From positions 1 to 64,000 of the forward strand of contig JANOQI010000016.1 of assembly GCA_031414775.1 (NCBI GenBank): a stretch of 64,000 bases of DNA, read 5' to 3'. Shown here one piece after another: positions 55,001 to 64,000 of the stretch (the stretch's first letter is position 1; each line of letters opens with the position of its first letter). Under the pieces are notes generated by a model that saw only the letters and a list, made by a program, of their open reading frames with translations, was not told the DNA's origin and made no database searches. The position numbers and the translations under genes were made by a program. The stretch is from Synechococcales cyanobacterium VAR_4_metabat_354. Its GTDB lineage: Bacteria; Cyanobacteriota; Cyanobacteriia; Cyanobacteriales; Chamaesiphonaceae.

Positions 55001-56069
55001 GCTAGTATTTGAACGAGCCAAAACCGGAGATATTATCCAAGGTCTGCCCCGGATTGAAGAACTACTAGAAGCTCGCAAGCCCAAAGAAGCCTGTATTCTT
55101 TGTCGCCGGGATGGTGCTGCCACCGTTGTTTACAGCGATGATGGCGAGCCACTAGAAATCAAGGTCATTGAGGCTGGTGGCCTGGTCGCCGAATACCCCC
55201 TCGGTCCTGGTCAAAACATCATTGTTTCTGATGGTGAAGAAGTGACCGCTGGCCAACCGCTAACGGATGGTCCTTGCAACCCCCACGAAATCTTAGAAAC
55301 ATTTTTTGAGCACCACCGCGAAAGCCATGATGTTTACGAAGCAGCCCTCCTCGCTCTCCAAAAAGCCCAGTCTTTCTTGGTGAACGAAGTGCAGTCAGTG
55401 TACCAATCCCAAGGGGTGGACATCTCCGACAAACACATTGAAGTAATCGTTCGCCAGATGACTTCTAAGGTACGGATCGACGACGGCGGCGACACCACCA
55501 TGTTGCCAGGGGAACTCATCGAACTGCGCCAAGTAGAGCAAGTCAATGATGCCATGTCAATTACTGGTGCGGCACCGGCTGTTTACACCCCTATGCTACT
55601 GGGAATTACCAAAGCATCGCTCAATACCGATAGCTTTATCTCGGCCGCCAGTTTCCAAGAAACCACTCGGGTGCTGACGGAAGCGGCGATCGAAGGTAAA
55701 TCGGATTGGTTACGTGGTCTCAAAGAAAACGTGATTATCGGACGATTGATTCCAGCGGGTACTGGTTATAATGCCTACGAGGAATCGATGGCCAGCTTCG
55801 ATAGCGATCTGGGCGCGGGCATGATGTACGGCTACGAAGGTAACTTGGTCGGTACCGACGAAGATATGATTCTGGACGATCAAAGCGCTCGCCGCTATGA
55901 TTTCGATGACTCACCCGAGGGCTTCTCGATCTTCTCCCCTAGCAAAGATGGCTTCAACGATGAAGACAACGTGCCCATGGGTGGACCGACAGTCAGTACC
56001 GACGAAGTTGACGATGACTGGGAAGAGACCAGTAGCAGTGACGATCCAGAAGAAGATGACTTCAGCTAA
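52071..56069 (+). CDS. rpoC2: RNA polymerase beta' subunit
   Basis: [27 protein letters not shown], the large cyanobacterial SI3 insertion and [16 protein letters not shown]. Confidence 0.99.
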   Translation: MTEEQKRPTLPFNNRMVDKSQLKKLISWSYRYYGTARTAQIADRLKELGFHFATRAGVSISIDDLKIPEEKRDMLEEAEETIRATETRYTKGEITEVERFQKVIDTWNATSESLKDRVVTNFRENYPLNSVYMMAFSGARGNLSQVRQLVGMRGLMSNPQGEIIDLPIKTNFREGLTVTEYIISSYGARKGLVDTALRTADSGYLTRRLVDVAQDVIVREKDCGTTRGVFVRPMMDGERTLIPIGDRLFGRILAAPVHHPKTKEMLGDRNDELDEALIKKISDANLKEVYVRSPLTCEAARSICQTCYGWSLAYVKMVDLGEAVGIIAAQSIGEPGTQLTMRTFHTGGVFTGEVEKQLRAKVDGTIRYGTLRTRSMRTRHGDDREQVEANGEFYLEPSGKGKKQTFSLTVGSTLLIADGTEVKAGNLLAEVALAKGRRSTEKATKDVATDLAGEVLFANITPEEKTDRQGNTTRIAQKGGLVWVLSGEVYNLPPGAEPAIQNGEPVDLDGMLAETKLISVNGGVVRLRGEREIDIITASVSLDDATVTIESSGSRDRYVVATAQGQRFHLIAPPGTKVLNQTPIAELIDDQYRTRTGGIIKYADIEVQKKGKAKQGYEVVKGGTILWVPEESHEVNKDITLLNVEDGQYVEAGTEVVKDIFCATSGIVEIVQKNDILREITIKPGDLFLLDDPESGQSVTGTLVNPGQKPVPELAEVTEMRYLEYVETPDGSALLLRPVIEYQVPDEPNMPSQASINKSGGGSSIELRAVQRVPYKDGERVKSVDGVELLRTQLVLEMEGETSAATQLAADIELVPDEDNPDVSRLQLVILESLVIRRDTAADPLGGSTHTEPLVTDGQQIAPGAVVARTEIRCKHPGEVRGIREGEELVRRVLVIRDLDRITVETAGATASIKVGQLIVAGSEIAPGIPTPESGQVLEIGKDSIVLRLARPYRVSPGAILHIDNGDLVQRGDNLVLLVFERAKTGDIIQGLPRIEELLEARKPKEACILCRRDGAATVVYSDDGEPLEIKVIEAGGLVAEYPLGPGQNIIVSDGEEVTAGQPLTDGPCNPHEILETFFEHHRESHDVYEAALLALQKAQSFLVNEVQSVYQSQGVDISDKHIEVIVRQMTSKVRIDDGGDTTMLPGELIELRQVEQVNDAMSITGAAPAVYTPMLLGITKASLNTDSFISAASFQETTRVLTEAAIEGKSDWLRGLKENVIIGRLIPAGTGYNAYEESMASFDSDLGAGMMYGYEGNLVGTDEDMILDDQSARRYDFDDSPEGFSIFSPSKDGFNDEDNVPMGGPTVSTDEVDDDWEETSSSDDPEEDDFS

Positions 56070-56089
56070 GTAATTAGCAATGAAAAACT

Positions 56090-56130
56090 TAAAAAAGTGG
56101 TAGAGCTGTTAATCATCTGCCACTTTTTTA
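56090..56130. terminator. Bidirectional terminator after rpoC2
   Basis: TAAAAAAGTGGTAGA..TCTGCCACTTTTTTA hairpin between convergent genes. Confidence 0.8.
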
Positions 56131-56143
56131 TTACCTTGATTGT

Positions 56144-56386
56144 TTACTTCCAACCAGGATCATCGTACAAGGCAATTATTACTTCGGCCTGACCAGCTGG
56201 CACCCCACTAATGCAAGCACAAACCATATCTTGTCCCACGATTTCCACCTCACAGGCATGACAAGCACCCGATAGACAACCAGTGGGGATTTCGACTCCA
56301 GCTCGCTGAGATACTTGCAAGAGTGGTTCGCCGACAGCAGCCATCACCGTGATGTTATCAGGCATAAATTGCACTTTTACTTGCAT
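56144..56386 (-). CDS. Small 2Fe-2S ferredoxin-like protein
   Basis: GCLSGACHAC..C motif (C-x4-C-x2-C..C). Confidence 0.88.
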   Translation of the reverse strand: MQVKVQFMPDNITVMAAVGEPLLQVSQRAGVEIPTGCLSGACHACEVEIVGQDMVCACISGVPAGQAEVIIALYDDPGWK

Positions 56387-56608
56387 TAAGAACACCGGAT
56401 GATTTGTGAAAAGAATATATAAATAATATAAATCGAAGATGTATCCTAGCTAAAAAACAGTGTTGGCAGCAGTAAAAATTATGATATTTTTATTACATTC
56501 ATACTAGTTGTATCAACCCTATACAATTACTTGATTAGTTAAAGTAGTACAATTCGGGAGTAAGCACATTTTGGCGCAGAATTACTGGCACAGCAAGGTC
56601 TCTCATCT

Positions 56609-57289
56609 ATGAATTTGGCTAATGAAAATGTAGTCGTGGCACTAATTGTACGCTATGGGTTTGACCTGGGTGGGCAATCAGCGTTAGCGTTAGTACGATC
56701 TTGGAGCTGTAAATACGATCCCAGCTTTTTATCACTAGCTGTGGTTGAGTCTCTCCACTTGGGTCGATATAAAGCAGTATCGATCGAACAAGTTCTGAGT
56801 AGCTGGCAACGGCGGGGAGAAGTGATGCCCCACTTTAGTCCAGAGTTTGCTGAAATGATCAGTGGCCCAGAAGTCTTGGCCAAGTTGACAATTGCCGATG
56901 ATGAAGAGAGCGCAGCAGAGCTAGAGTTAGAAAAAACGTTATTTTCAGACAGTGAAATTGCCGAAGCACATCGATCAACTGAAATTTTTGAGTTAAGCGA
57001 CCCAGCTCTAGATGAAGGATCAGGATTACCGGAACCCCCAGTATCACAATCGCTCCTAGCTACCGAACCCCATCCGGCATCGCTAACCCCCATAATTTAT
57101 CCGCCCACAGCACCACGCCTATCCCCAGATAATTGGTACCAAGCAAAAGAAGCTACTGATGAGACCAATCTCGCGCCACCAGTCCAAGTTTCTCAGTTTT
57201 ATTACAAGCTCCGCGCAGTAGCAGCATCAGCCCCAACCCGCGAAAAAAATAATCGCCATTGGCCACAGATTAACCACCACCCATCCTAA
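56609..57289 (+). CDS. Conserved cyanobacterial hypothetical protein
   Basis: YGFDL..W..Y..LAVVESLHLGRYKAVSIEQVLSSWQRRG domain, an acidic/Pro-rich linker and a FYYKLRAVA tail. Confidence 0.75.
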   Translation: MNLANENVVVALIVRYGFDLGGQSALALVRSWSCKYDPSFLSLAVVESLHLGRYKAVSIEQVLSSWQRRGEVMPHFSPEFAEMISGPEVLAKLTIADDEESAAELELEKTLFSDSEIAEAHRSTEIFELSDPALDEGSGLPEPPVSQSLLATEPHPASLTPIIYPPTAPRLSPDNWYQAKEATDETNLAPPVQVSQFYYKLRAVAASAPTREKNNRHWPQINHHPS

Positions 57290-57800
57290 TTTCCGAGCAA
57301 AAAGAAGCTAAACTCCAGCCCGCAGAGCTTTTTTGCACGCTAGTCCGGAGACGAAGATTGGGGCTAGCAAACCAGATCCGCTCTTCAATTTGCATTAGTT
57401 GGTAGGTGAGAAACAGAGTCAACGCCTCGTCCTCTCCTACCTGAAACTTGCCTAGCGGCATTTGCTGCCCATTGACCATCCAGAGTAGTGACCCGGAGAG
57501 AGAGTTAGCGGTAGACTCGTCGCTCGGCATCAGGACAGTAGTCGTGCTAGTCGGTACCGCATTCTTCGGAGCATTCCACTGCTGAGCTGTTTTAGCGGTT
57601 ACTTGAATACCAGGAACAGCTGGACTGCCATCAGCGGAATGCTCTTGACGCAGCTGCAATAGCTGGGGATGATCAGCCGCTAACATTTCGATCACAATAT
57701 CAGAGCTGCCATGTGCTGACTGCTGGCTGGTGAGCTGATGACTGGTGCGCTGCGAGAACCATTTACCGGCACTCATTTCTAAAAACTTCTGAATAGTCAT
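57270..57800 (-). CDS. cpcU: CpcS/CpeS-family phycobiliprotein lyase (CpcU-like)
   Basis: SAGKWFSQRTSH, EERIWFASPNLRLR and ASFCSEIRMG motifs. Position downstream of nblB favours cpcU. Confidence 0.75.
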   Translation of the reverse strand: MTIQKFLEMSAGKWFSQRTSHQLTSQQSAHGSSDIVIEMLAADHPQLLQLRQEHSADGSPAVPGIQVTAKTAQQWNAPKNAVPTSTTTVLMPSDESTANSLSGSLLWMVNGQQMPLGKFQVGEDEALTLFLTYQLMQIEERIWFASPNLRLRTSVQKSSAGWSLASFCSEIRMGGG

Positions 57801-57887
57801 GAATATAAAATACAAAAATTAATTGTGTGAAAAATACCGCCGCTCATAAGTCTAGAGCGAATTAGCCGCCACCATAACCATTAGTAA

Positions 57888-58556
57888 TCATCCGGCATCC
57901 AATCGGGTCAGTGACAAAAGCGCCGATTGAGCCACATTAGTATTTTGATCTTTGGCTAAATATTTCAGTGCTGCCACACTTTTAGGAGATGGTAACTGAC
58001 CCAAGGATTCCGCCAAGCGCTGCCGCACCAGCCAATCTTCGTGATCAGCAAAGCGCAGAATATGATCGATCGATGCCACAGCTTTAATTTCACCCAAGGC
58101 GGCAATCGCGGCCTGCTTGACCACCACTTCTGGAGCATCTAGAGCTTTAATTAACACATCCAAAGCGCGGGGGTCTTTTAGATTCCCCAAAGCAACGGCA
58201 GCACTAAAGCGCACCAACCAATCAGTATCCTCATAAAAAGCGCGCACCAAGCTATGAAAAGCACGGGCATCTTCCAAATAGCCTAGGGCACCCGCAGCAT
58301 CTGCTCTTATTCCATAATCGGGATCATTTTCGAGTAAACTGACTAGGATTGGGTATGATTCAGCGGTAGCTTTAATTCCCAGTGCAAACACGGCCATCGA
58401 TCGCAACTGCAAATTTTCATCATGCAAGACTTTTTTGATTAAGGGAAAAGCTTCAGCAGCGGGGACTGCACGGAGCGAAGCTAGCGCCACCATGCGATCC
58501 TTGGAATTTCCACTCTCTAATTTGAGAGATAATTCCGCCAAGTCATATTCGCTCAT
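57888..58556 (-). CDS. nblB: PBS-lyase HEAT-repeat protein (NblB-like)
   Basis: RSMAVFALG, DPDYGIRADAAGALGYL and DWLVRFSAAVALGNL repeats. Confidence 0.8.
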   Translation of the reverse strand: MSEYDLAELSLKLESGNSKDRMVALASLRAVPAAEAFPLIKKVLHDENLQLRSMAVFALGIKATAESYPILVSLLENDPDYGIRADAAGALGYLEDARAFHSLVRAFYEDTDWLVRFSAAVALGNLKDPRALDVLIKALDAPEVVVKQAAIAALGEIKAVASIDHILRFADHEDWLVRQRLAESLGQLPSPKSVAALKYLAKDQNTNVAQSALLSLTRLDAG

Positions 58557-58615
58557 TTGTGTTACCAAACCTTTATCTATCAATAGTAACAATATTTTTT
58601 TGTAGTTCTAGGCAC

Positions 58616-59959
58616 ATGCTTTTTCATCCCGAATTAGTACAAATTTGCGAGCTAACGATCCGCCAAATCCGAGAAGTACTGGCTGTGTATCATGTTTCTA
58701 TTCAGCGTCATATCCCAGCCACTGGGGAATGGTATCCTCAATTGTCAGCAGAGGTCGCTCCCACATCATCATTTTTGTCTTTGATAGATGGCTTAGATGG
58801 AGAACAGCCGACCGAAATCAGTGGCGAGCTAACCGCCATGATGGGGCAAAGGTTACGCAACCTAGAAACGGTTTCCTTTAAAATCATCTCCAAGATTGGA
58901 TCGGTATCGATCAAAGGCGACTGCATGCTACTGCCGATTACTTGTCAAGAATTGGTCTGGGGTAGGATTTGCATTATCGGCAATCCAGATATTTGGGAGC
59001 TGCGGGATTTTGATTGGTTGCAGGTATTAGCCAAAGTACTCGGACAATCCATTTTTGCTATTTACCAACTCCAAGTACCTCAAGTTATTCATGACCAAGC
59101 ATCAGCTGACGATCGTCCTGAATTCAATGATGATTCATTAGAGATTCTCCATGCCCAACTGACAGAACTAGTCCAACGAGATCAATACAAAGACGAGTTT
59201 ATCAGCAAGATTTCCCATGATCTGCGCGCCCCGCTAATGAATATGCGGATGGCACTAAAGATGCTCAAAATTAGTATTGGCCAAGATCCGAGTCTGTCAG
59301 AGTTGTTAAGCAATAAACGAACCCAAAGCTATTGGAATATTTTGGAGACAGAATGTGAGCGAGAGATTAGCCTGGTCAATAATGTTTTAGATTTACAAAA
59401 AATTGAAACTGGCAATACTCAGCTCCAAAGAAATGAGATTGATATGACCGATTGGTTGGTGTCGATCGCTCAGCCCTATCAATCACGAGCAGCTGATCAC
59501 CAGCAAAAATTACTCCTGCGTCTCCCGGAACAAACCGCACTAGTGATCACCGATGAAGCTTACTTGCAGCGAATTATCTCTGAGCTGTTACACAATGCCT
59601 GCAAATACACAGCAATCGGTCAAGAGATTATCTGTGAACTGGAGTATCCAGCACCGCTGCCACTTCTCAGTACCATGGGTGCTTCCACAAATAGTGAGAG
59701 TAAGAGGCAGGCCAAGAATGCTGTGCCAATTTATTTAACGATTAGCAATCAAGCTGTTGTAGATGCTGCCGACTTGCCGCACTTATTCGACAGGTTTTAT
59801 CGGGTACCAGCAGCGGATCATCATCGCCAAGGGGGGACGGGACTGGGGTTATCGCTGGTGCGCAATCTGGTCGAGCAACTGCATGGTCAAATTACGGTAC
59901 AGAGCAGTGGCGGCTGGACGACTTTTACAGTGGCACTACCGCTAGCACCACCAAATTAG
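58616..59959 (+). CDS. GAF-like domain sensor histidine kinase
   Basis: H-box ISHDLRAPL, N-box ELLHNACKYT, F-box LFDRFYRV and G2 GGTGLGL; degenerate N-terminal GAF. Confidence 0.88.
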   Translation: MLFHPELVQICELTIRQIREVLAVYHVSIQRHIPATGEWYPQLSAEVAPTSSFLSLIDGLDGEQPTEISGELTAMMGQRLRNLETVSFKIISKIGSVSIKGDCMLLPITCQELVWGRICIIGNPDIWELRDFDWLQVLAKVLGQSIFAIYQLQVPQVIHDQASADDRPEFNDDSLEILHAQLTELVQRDQYKDEFISKISHDLRAPLMNMRMALKMLKISIGQDPSLSELLSNKRTQSYWNILETECEREISLVNNVLDLQKIETGNTQLQRNEIDMTDWLVSIAQPYQSRAADHQQKLLLRLPEQTALVITDEAYLQRIISELLHNACKYTAIGQEIICELEYPAPLPLLSTMGASTNSESKRQAKNAVPIYLTISNQAVVDAADLPHLFDRFYRVPAADHHRQGGTGLGLSLVRNLVEQLHGQITVQSSGGWTTFTVALPLAPPN

Positions 59960-59997
59960 CGGCTACAATTTAGAATTAGGTATCACCCCCAAAAATC

Positions 59998-60189
59998 ATG
60001 GAACTTCAGACTTTACAAGAACGGGTACAATTTATTGAAAACAAACGCACCTGGTTGCGCCAGTTACTGGCCGATCCTCAACAGGCTCACTTGGCTATAG
60101 ATATTAATCAAGCACTGATTGAACTAGAAGACTTAGCCGCAGAATTTGCGCGCACCTTCCCCGACGGAGTACCAACTAATGATAATTAG
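59998..60189 (+). CDS. Small conserved hypothetical protein
   Basis: 63-aa helical ORF (..IDINQALIELEDL..EF..TFP) filling the gap between genes. Confidence 0.7.
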   Translation: MELQTLQERVQFIENKRTWLRQLLADPQQAHLAIDINQALIELEDLAAEFARTFPDGVPTNDN

Positions 60190-60208
60190 GGCAAACATTA
60201 AGTTAACT

Positions 60209-60898
60209 TTAATAAATACTTTTGAGTTGCTTCTTCGCTTCTTTTTGCAGACCCGCCGCAATTCTAAATAGCTCCTGCCCCGAATGCAGGTACTCATCGT
60301 TGTAACAAGTTGTATAGCGATTCAGCTCTTCGATCGCATCCCCCAACCGACCAAGGCAGTAGTAGATATTAGAAGCAATACCTGCTAAATTCGACGGGTT
60401 GGGCAGAGAGTGAAAATGCTGCTCAGCTTTTTTGAGGTGACGCTGGCAGTCGAGTAAATAAGCGGCGAAATTACCGAGCAAATCATCGTCAAAGGGATCC
60501 GCCGATAGTTCCATCAGCTTGGTTTTAAAAGGTTTGAGGATGGCGGTGATCGATCGATTCACCGGCGCATAGACCGAGTTCAGCCAAATTTCAATTTCGC
60601 TATCAATATCAGGTGCTGCCCGCTGGTTTTTAGGACGGCGGCTAGCTCGGTTATGAGCAATTCGTTCATCAATAGCCGCCGGGGCATCTCGCTGGAGAGA
60701 CCTGTCATAATTCTGCTTCCGCAGCGGGTCACTCAATACTTCGTAGGCGGCATTAATAAAAATCATTCGATCGATCGCCGCCCTAGATTGATTCAGATCA
60801 GGGTGGTGCTGCTTGGCTAATTGCCGATAGGCTTGCTTTATTTCAGCCGTCGTCGCCCGGGGATTGATTTGGAGGGTTTGGTAATGCGTGTTACTCAT
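60209..60898 (-). CDS. DnaJ-domain protein (type III J protein)
   Basis: HYQTLQI..IKQAYRQLAKQHHPD..INAAYEVLSD J-domain. Confidence 0.92.
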   Translation of the reverse strand: MSNTHYQTLQINPRATTAEIKQAYRQLAKQHHPDLNQSRAAIDRMIFINAAYEVLSDPLRKQNYDRSLQRDAPAAIDERIAHNRASRRPKNQRAAPDIDSEIEIWLNSVYAPVNRSITAILKPFKTKLMELSADPFDDDLLGNFAAYLLDCQRHLKKAEQHFHSLPNPSNLAGIASNIYYCLGRLGDAIEELNRYTTCYNDEYLHSGQELFRIAAGLQKEAKKQLKSIY

Positions 60899-60915
60899 TC
60901 AATAAACTAATCAAA

Positions 60916-61863
60916 CTAATTCTTGATTTCAGGGTCTTGAAACAATGGCGTACTCAGATACCGTTCACCAAAACTGGGCTGAATCATCACAATCAGTTTA
61001 CCTTGGTTTTCTGGACGTTGGCCAACCTTAATAGCAGCACACAGCGCTGCCCCACTCGAAATACCAGAAAGTAAACCCTCTTCGCGAGCCAGGCGGCGCG
61101 CATAGGCAATCGATTCCTCGTCACTCACCGTAATCACCTCATCAATTAAATCTACCCGTAGCACCGGGGGCACAAACCCTGCCCCAATCCCCTGAATCTT
61201 GTGCGGGCCAGGCTTCCCACCCGACAAAACAGCGCTATTAGTCGGCTCCACCGCAATCACTTGAGCACCGGGTTTACGTTCCTTTAGCACTTCGGCCACC
61301 CCAGTGATCGTACCGCCAGTCCCCACTCCCGCTACCAAGATGTCAACCTTACCATCCGTATCTTGCCAAATTTCTTCTGCGGTGGTGCTGCGATGGATCG
61401 CCGGGTTCGCTGGATTCCGAAACTGTTGAAGCATGTACGAATGAGGCGTTTTGTCCACAATTTCTTGCGCCCGCCGAATACAGCCACTCATCCCTTCAAT
61501 TCCCGGAGTGAGTTCCAGCTCAGCCCCATAAGCCCGCAACATCGATCGCCGCTCCATACTCATGGTTTCTGGCATCGTCAAAATCAAGCGATAGCCCTTC
61601 GCCGCTGCGGCCATCGCCAAAGCAATACCAGTATTACCGGAAGTTGGCTCAATCAAAATAGTTTTGCCAGGGGTAATCAAGCCTTCCCGTTCCGCAGCTA
61701 AAATCATGTTTACCCCAATCCGGTCTTTAACCGAAGCAGAGGGATTCATACTTTCTAGCTTCACCACAATATCCGCTACACAGCCGTCGGCAAGGGGAAT
61801 CCGCTGGAGCCTGACCAACGGGGTGAAACCAACTAATTCAGTGACATTATTAGCAATACGCAT
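60916..61863 (-). CDS. cysK: Cysteine synthase A
   Basis: [24 protein letters not shown] and [11 protein letters not shown] motifs. Confidence 0.96.
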   Translation of the reverse strand: MRIANNVTELVGFTPLVRLQRIPLADGCVADIVVKLESMNPSASVKDRIGVNMILAAEREGLITPGKTILIEPTSGNTGIALAMAAAAKGYRLILTMPETMSMERRSMLRAYGAELELTPGIEGMSGCIRRAQEIVDKTPHSYMLQQFRNPANPAIHRSTTAEEIWQDTDGKVDILVAGVGTGGTITGVAEVLKERKPGAQVIAVEPTNSAVLSGGKPGPHKIQGIGAGFVPPVLRVDLIDEVITVSDEESIAYARRLAREEGLLSGISSGAALCAAIKVGQRPENQGKLIVMIQPSFGERYLSTPLFQDPEIKN

Positions 61864-61967
61864 CGGTTTCACCAGTTCAAATTCCATAAATTATACCCGC
61901 AATTTCATGACCAGTGCTGCTTGGCTCTGGACTATGCCAAATCTTTGCTAGAATAATTCAGGACTTT

Positions 61968-62040
61968 GCACGGTTGGCCGAGCGGTTTAGGCAACGAACT
62001 CATAATTCGTGCTAGACAGGTTCAACTCCTGTACCGTGCA
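61968..62040 (+). tRNA. tRNA with CAT anticodon, most likely tRNA-Ile2 (lysidine)
   Basis: Acceptor stem GCACGGT/ACCGTGC+A, anticodon arm ACGAA-CTCATAA-TTCGT and T-arm ACAGG-TTCAACT-CCTGT. CCA is not encoded. TGCTAGAAT extended -10 lies upstream. Confidence 0.92.
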
Positions 62041-62094
62041 TCCTTTGGATAACATAGACCTCGGTCTGAATCTTGATAATTCGCTAGGTGTTCA

Positions 62095-62733
62095 TTGACA
62101 GTTCCATCATCTGGTAATAAACCCCCGCTGGCGCTGGTGGAAACAGCATTTCTTGCCAGTGCTGCTTGTTTGCTATGCCTCATAGATAACTATCTGTTGA
62201 TGGGCAGAGCATTTCTGAAGCCGTTTTTGGCTTTGCCTTTAATTCTTGTCTATCTGCGCTGGGGTAAAAGAGCGGGCTGGATGTCGGTGGTGGTGTCCAG
62301 CTTACTACTGTCGGTGCTAATGGGACCAACCCGTAGTATCTTGTTTACGATTCCACACGGTTTACTGGGGATTCAATTGGGAGCTTTTTGGCGGCGGGGC
62401 ATTGGTTGGGGCTGGTCAATCTTCGTCGGCAGCATCCTCGACTCCTTGGGTTTCTTTTTTCGTTTTTGGCTGACTTCCATTCTGGTAGGTGAAGATCTCT
62501 GGACGTATACAATTGCCAGAACTAGCGATATTTTAGGCTGGGTCTTAGAAAAATTCGGCACTTTAGCAGAACCAAATATCGGGGCTGTGCAGCTAGCGGC
62601 CATTGGCTTGCTATTTCTCAGTAGCCTATCATCTTTGCTAATTATTCATTTGGCAGCGCTGCTACTCTTTGACCGAATCGGTGGCCCCATTCCCCGCCCA
62701 CCAGCCTGGTTGGAAGAGGCTCTGGAAATCTAA
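62095..62733 (+). CDS. DUF2232-type membrane protein
   Basis: LVETAFLASAA, LLSVLMGPTRS and LVGEDLW motifs; multi-TM; directly upstream of cobT. Confidence 0.82.
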   Translation: MTVPSSGNKPPLALVETAFLASAACLLCLIDNYLLMGRAFLKPFLALPLILVYLRWGKRAGWMSVVVSSLLLSVLMGPTRSILFTIPHGLLGIQLGAFWRRGIGWGWSIFVGSILDSLGFFFRFWLTSILVGEDLWTYTIARTSDILGWVLEKFGTLAEPNIGAVQLAAIGLLFLSSLSSLLIIHLAALLLFDRIGGPIPRPPAWLEEALEI

Positions 62734-62768
62734 ATAATCTCCACCCAATAAATCTGGATTCAAGATAG

Positions 62769-63854
62769 TTGATCAATATTCACACCCAGCATCACATAAG
62801 CGAGCAGTGGTTAGCCCGACATCGCCACCAACGCCCCCATTTCTGCTGTGTGCTGGGCTTTACTGATACTGGCCTGTTACCCCAGATTTCAGCAGCTGGT
62901 CTGACCCCTGCCGATCGACAGTTGACGGCTCTAGCTGATGGTGAGTTTTTAGCGCTGGGAGTACAACCCCATTACCAATATCCGCTGCCACCCCTGCAAG
63001 CCGGGGTGTCCCCCGCGATCATCACTCGATCGATCGTCGCCGCCTTAGATATCCCAGTAACGATATTCAATGCTGGTCTGCCCCAAGCACCGAGCTTTAC
63101 TTGTGTAGATTTAGGCGGCCAACCCGCTCAGTGCCTCACGACTGGTCAAGCCCTGCCCCTGGCCGTAGTTCATCATTTATGGCAGCAAGGTTTAGCTTGG
63201 GGCAATACAGTGGCACAGGCACTACCGGCTAAGTCTTATCTAGTCATCGGCGAATGTGTGGTAGGCGGTACCACTACCGCCTTAGCCGTCTTGACAGCCC
63301 TAGGCATTCCAGCCGCCGGCAAAGTCAACAGTAGCCATTCGCCCTGTAATCATGAGCAGAAACTGGCAGTGGTCAATCAAGGTCTGAGGCAGCTGCCCAT
63401 TACCGCCGATCCCTGGCAGATCGTCTCGACACTGGGCGATCCGATGCAAATAGTGGTGGCAGGCATGGCTTTAGCTGCTAGCAATCATGGTGGAGTGCTC
63501 TTGGCCGGTGGAACTCAAATGATCGCGGTCTATGCCTTAATGCAAGCACTGGCTCATCACGCCAATTACCACTATCAACCGCAGCAGATTGTGGTAGGCA
63601 CCACTGGCTGGGTAGCACACGATCCTAGTGCCGATGCTGTCGGACTCGCCCAAGCAATTTGTCCATTCCTATCGGCGGAGCTGCAATTTAGCCAATCAGC
63701 ATATCCCCAAATGCAGGTATATGACCAGGGTTTTGTTAAAGAAGGAGTAGGTGCCGGAGGTGGTGCGATCGCTGCTGCCCTCTACCGCGACTGGCAAAGC
63801 TCGGATGTTGTGAATGCCACAGAAAGCTTACTGCGCTTAATTGAGACTCAGTGA
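62769..63854 (+). CDS. cobT: Nicotinate-nucleotide-dependent phosphoribosyltransferase (cyanobacterial/archaeal CobT type)
   Basis: ISAAG, GECVVGGTTTA, GDPMQ, LAGGTQM and GFVKEGVGAGG motifs. Confidence 0.88.
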   Translation: MINIHTQHHISEQWLARHRHQRPHFCCVLGFTDTGLLPQISAAGLTPADRQLTALADGEFLALGVQPHYQYPLPPLQAGVSPAIITRSIVAALDIPVTIFNAGLPQAPSFTCVDLGGQPAQCLTTGQALPLAVVHHLWQQGLAWGNTVAQALPAKSYLVIGECVVGGTTTALAVLTALGIPAAGKVNSSHSPCNHEQKLAVVNQGLRQLPITADPWQIVSTLGDPMQIVVAGMALAASNHGGVLLAGGTQMIAVYALMQALAHHANYHYQPQQIVVGTTGWVAHDPSADAVGLAQAICPFLSAELQFSQSAYPQMQVYDQGFVKEGVGAGGGAIAAALYRDWQSSDVVNATESLLRLIETQ

Positions 63855-64000
63855 ACTACCAGCAGAAAAGTGTCGATCGACATCATCCACCAACCCCGAC
63901 AATTGTGGTAACGTGGGAAAGCGCTCCACATGAGTGGTAAGAGGCTAACTTAATCGATCGCCCAGTCGCCAGGGCGGGCTGAGGGACAAAATGCTTGGGA

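Noticed and set aside
46814..56069. Inteins or unusual insertions in rpoB/rpoC1/rpoC2
   Set aside because: Lengths and motifs are typical; the large rpoC2 insert is the normal cyanobacterial SI3.
56508..56526. Possible NtcA site TTGTATCAACCCTATACAA
   Set aside because: The spacing is GTA-N9-TAC rather than the canonical GTA-N8-TAC.
240..62603. Numerous short antisense or overlapping ORFs in the six-frame track (e.g. 994..1413, 24393..24938, 39820..40227, 56653..57093)
   Set aside because: They are shadows of well-supported genes and carry no recognisable motifs.
63855..64000. Partial gene at the right edge
   Set aside because: Too short to assign a frame or product.

Overview
A cyanobacterial chromosomal window (psbA, apcABC, split rpoC1/rpoC2, Yfr1 sRNA, very frequent CGATCG). 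Most of it is core genes: guaB-like/Yfr1/trxA, ppc, PP2C and ABC1 kinase, site-2 protease, psbA, apcABC, obgE, ArsA/Get3, lysA, plsY, murA, serS, topA, rpsT-tatD-rpoB-rpoC1-rpoC2, cpcU/nblB, cysK, a tRNA(CAU) and cobT. Accessory inserts are an LRR-Roc-COR (Roco) gene, a standalone DUF262/DUF1524 (GmrSD-like) nuclease and a ~4 kb island at 29.4-33.5 kb. The island is the most unusual part. Three same-orientation copies of a ~115-bp structured GTAG/REP-like repeat divide it into cassette-like units: a MarR/DUF2269 pair with a perfect 28-bp palindrome, a vapBC-type pair, a yefM antitoxin with a truncated yoeB-like toxin, and a DUF5678-retropepsin fusion. The third repeat copy carries two 22-23-nt mini-elements inserted into CGATCG sites that are empty in copies 1 and 2. 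By eye, TCGATCGA appears more frequent than canonical HIP1 (GCGATCGC). All family assignments come from motif recognition by eye; no database searches were run.
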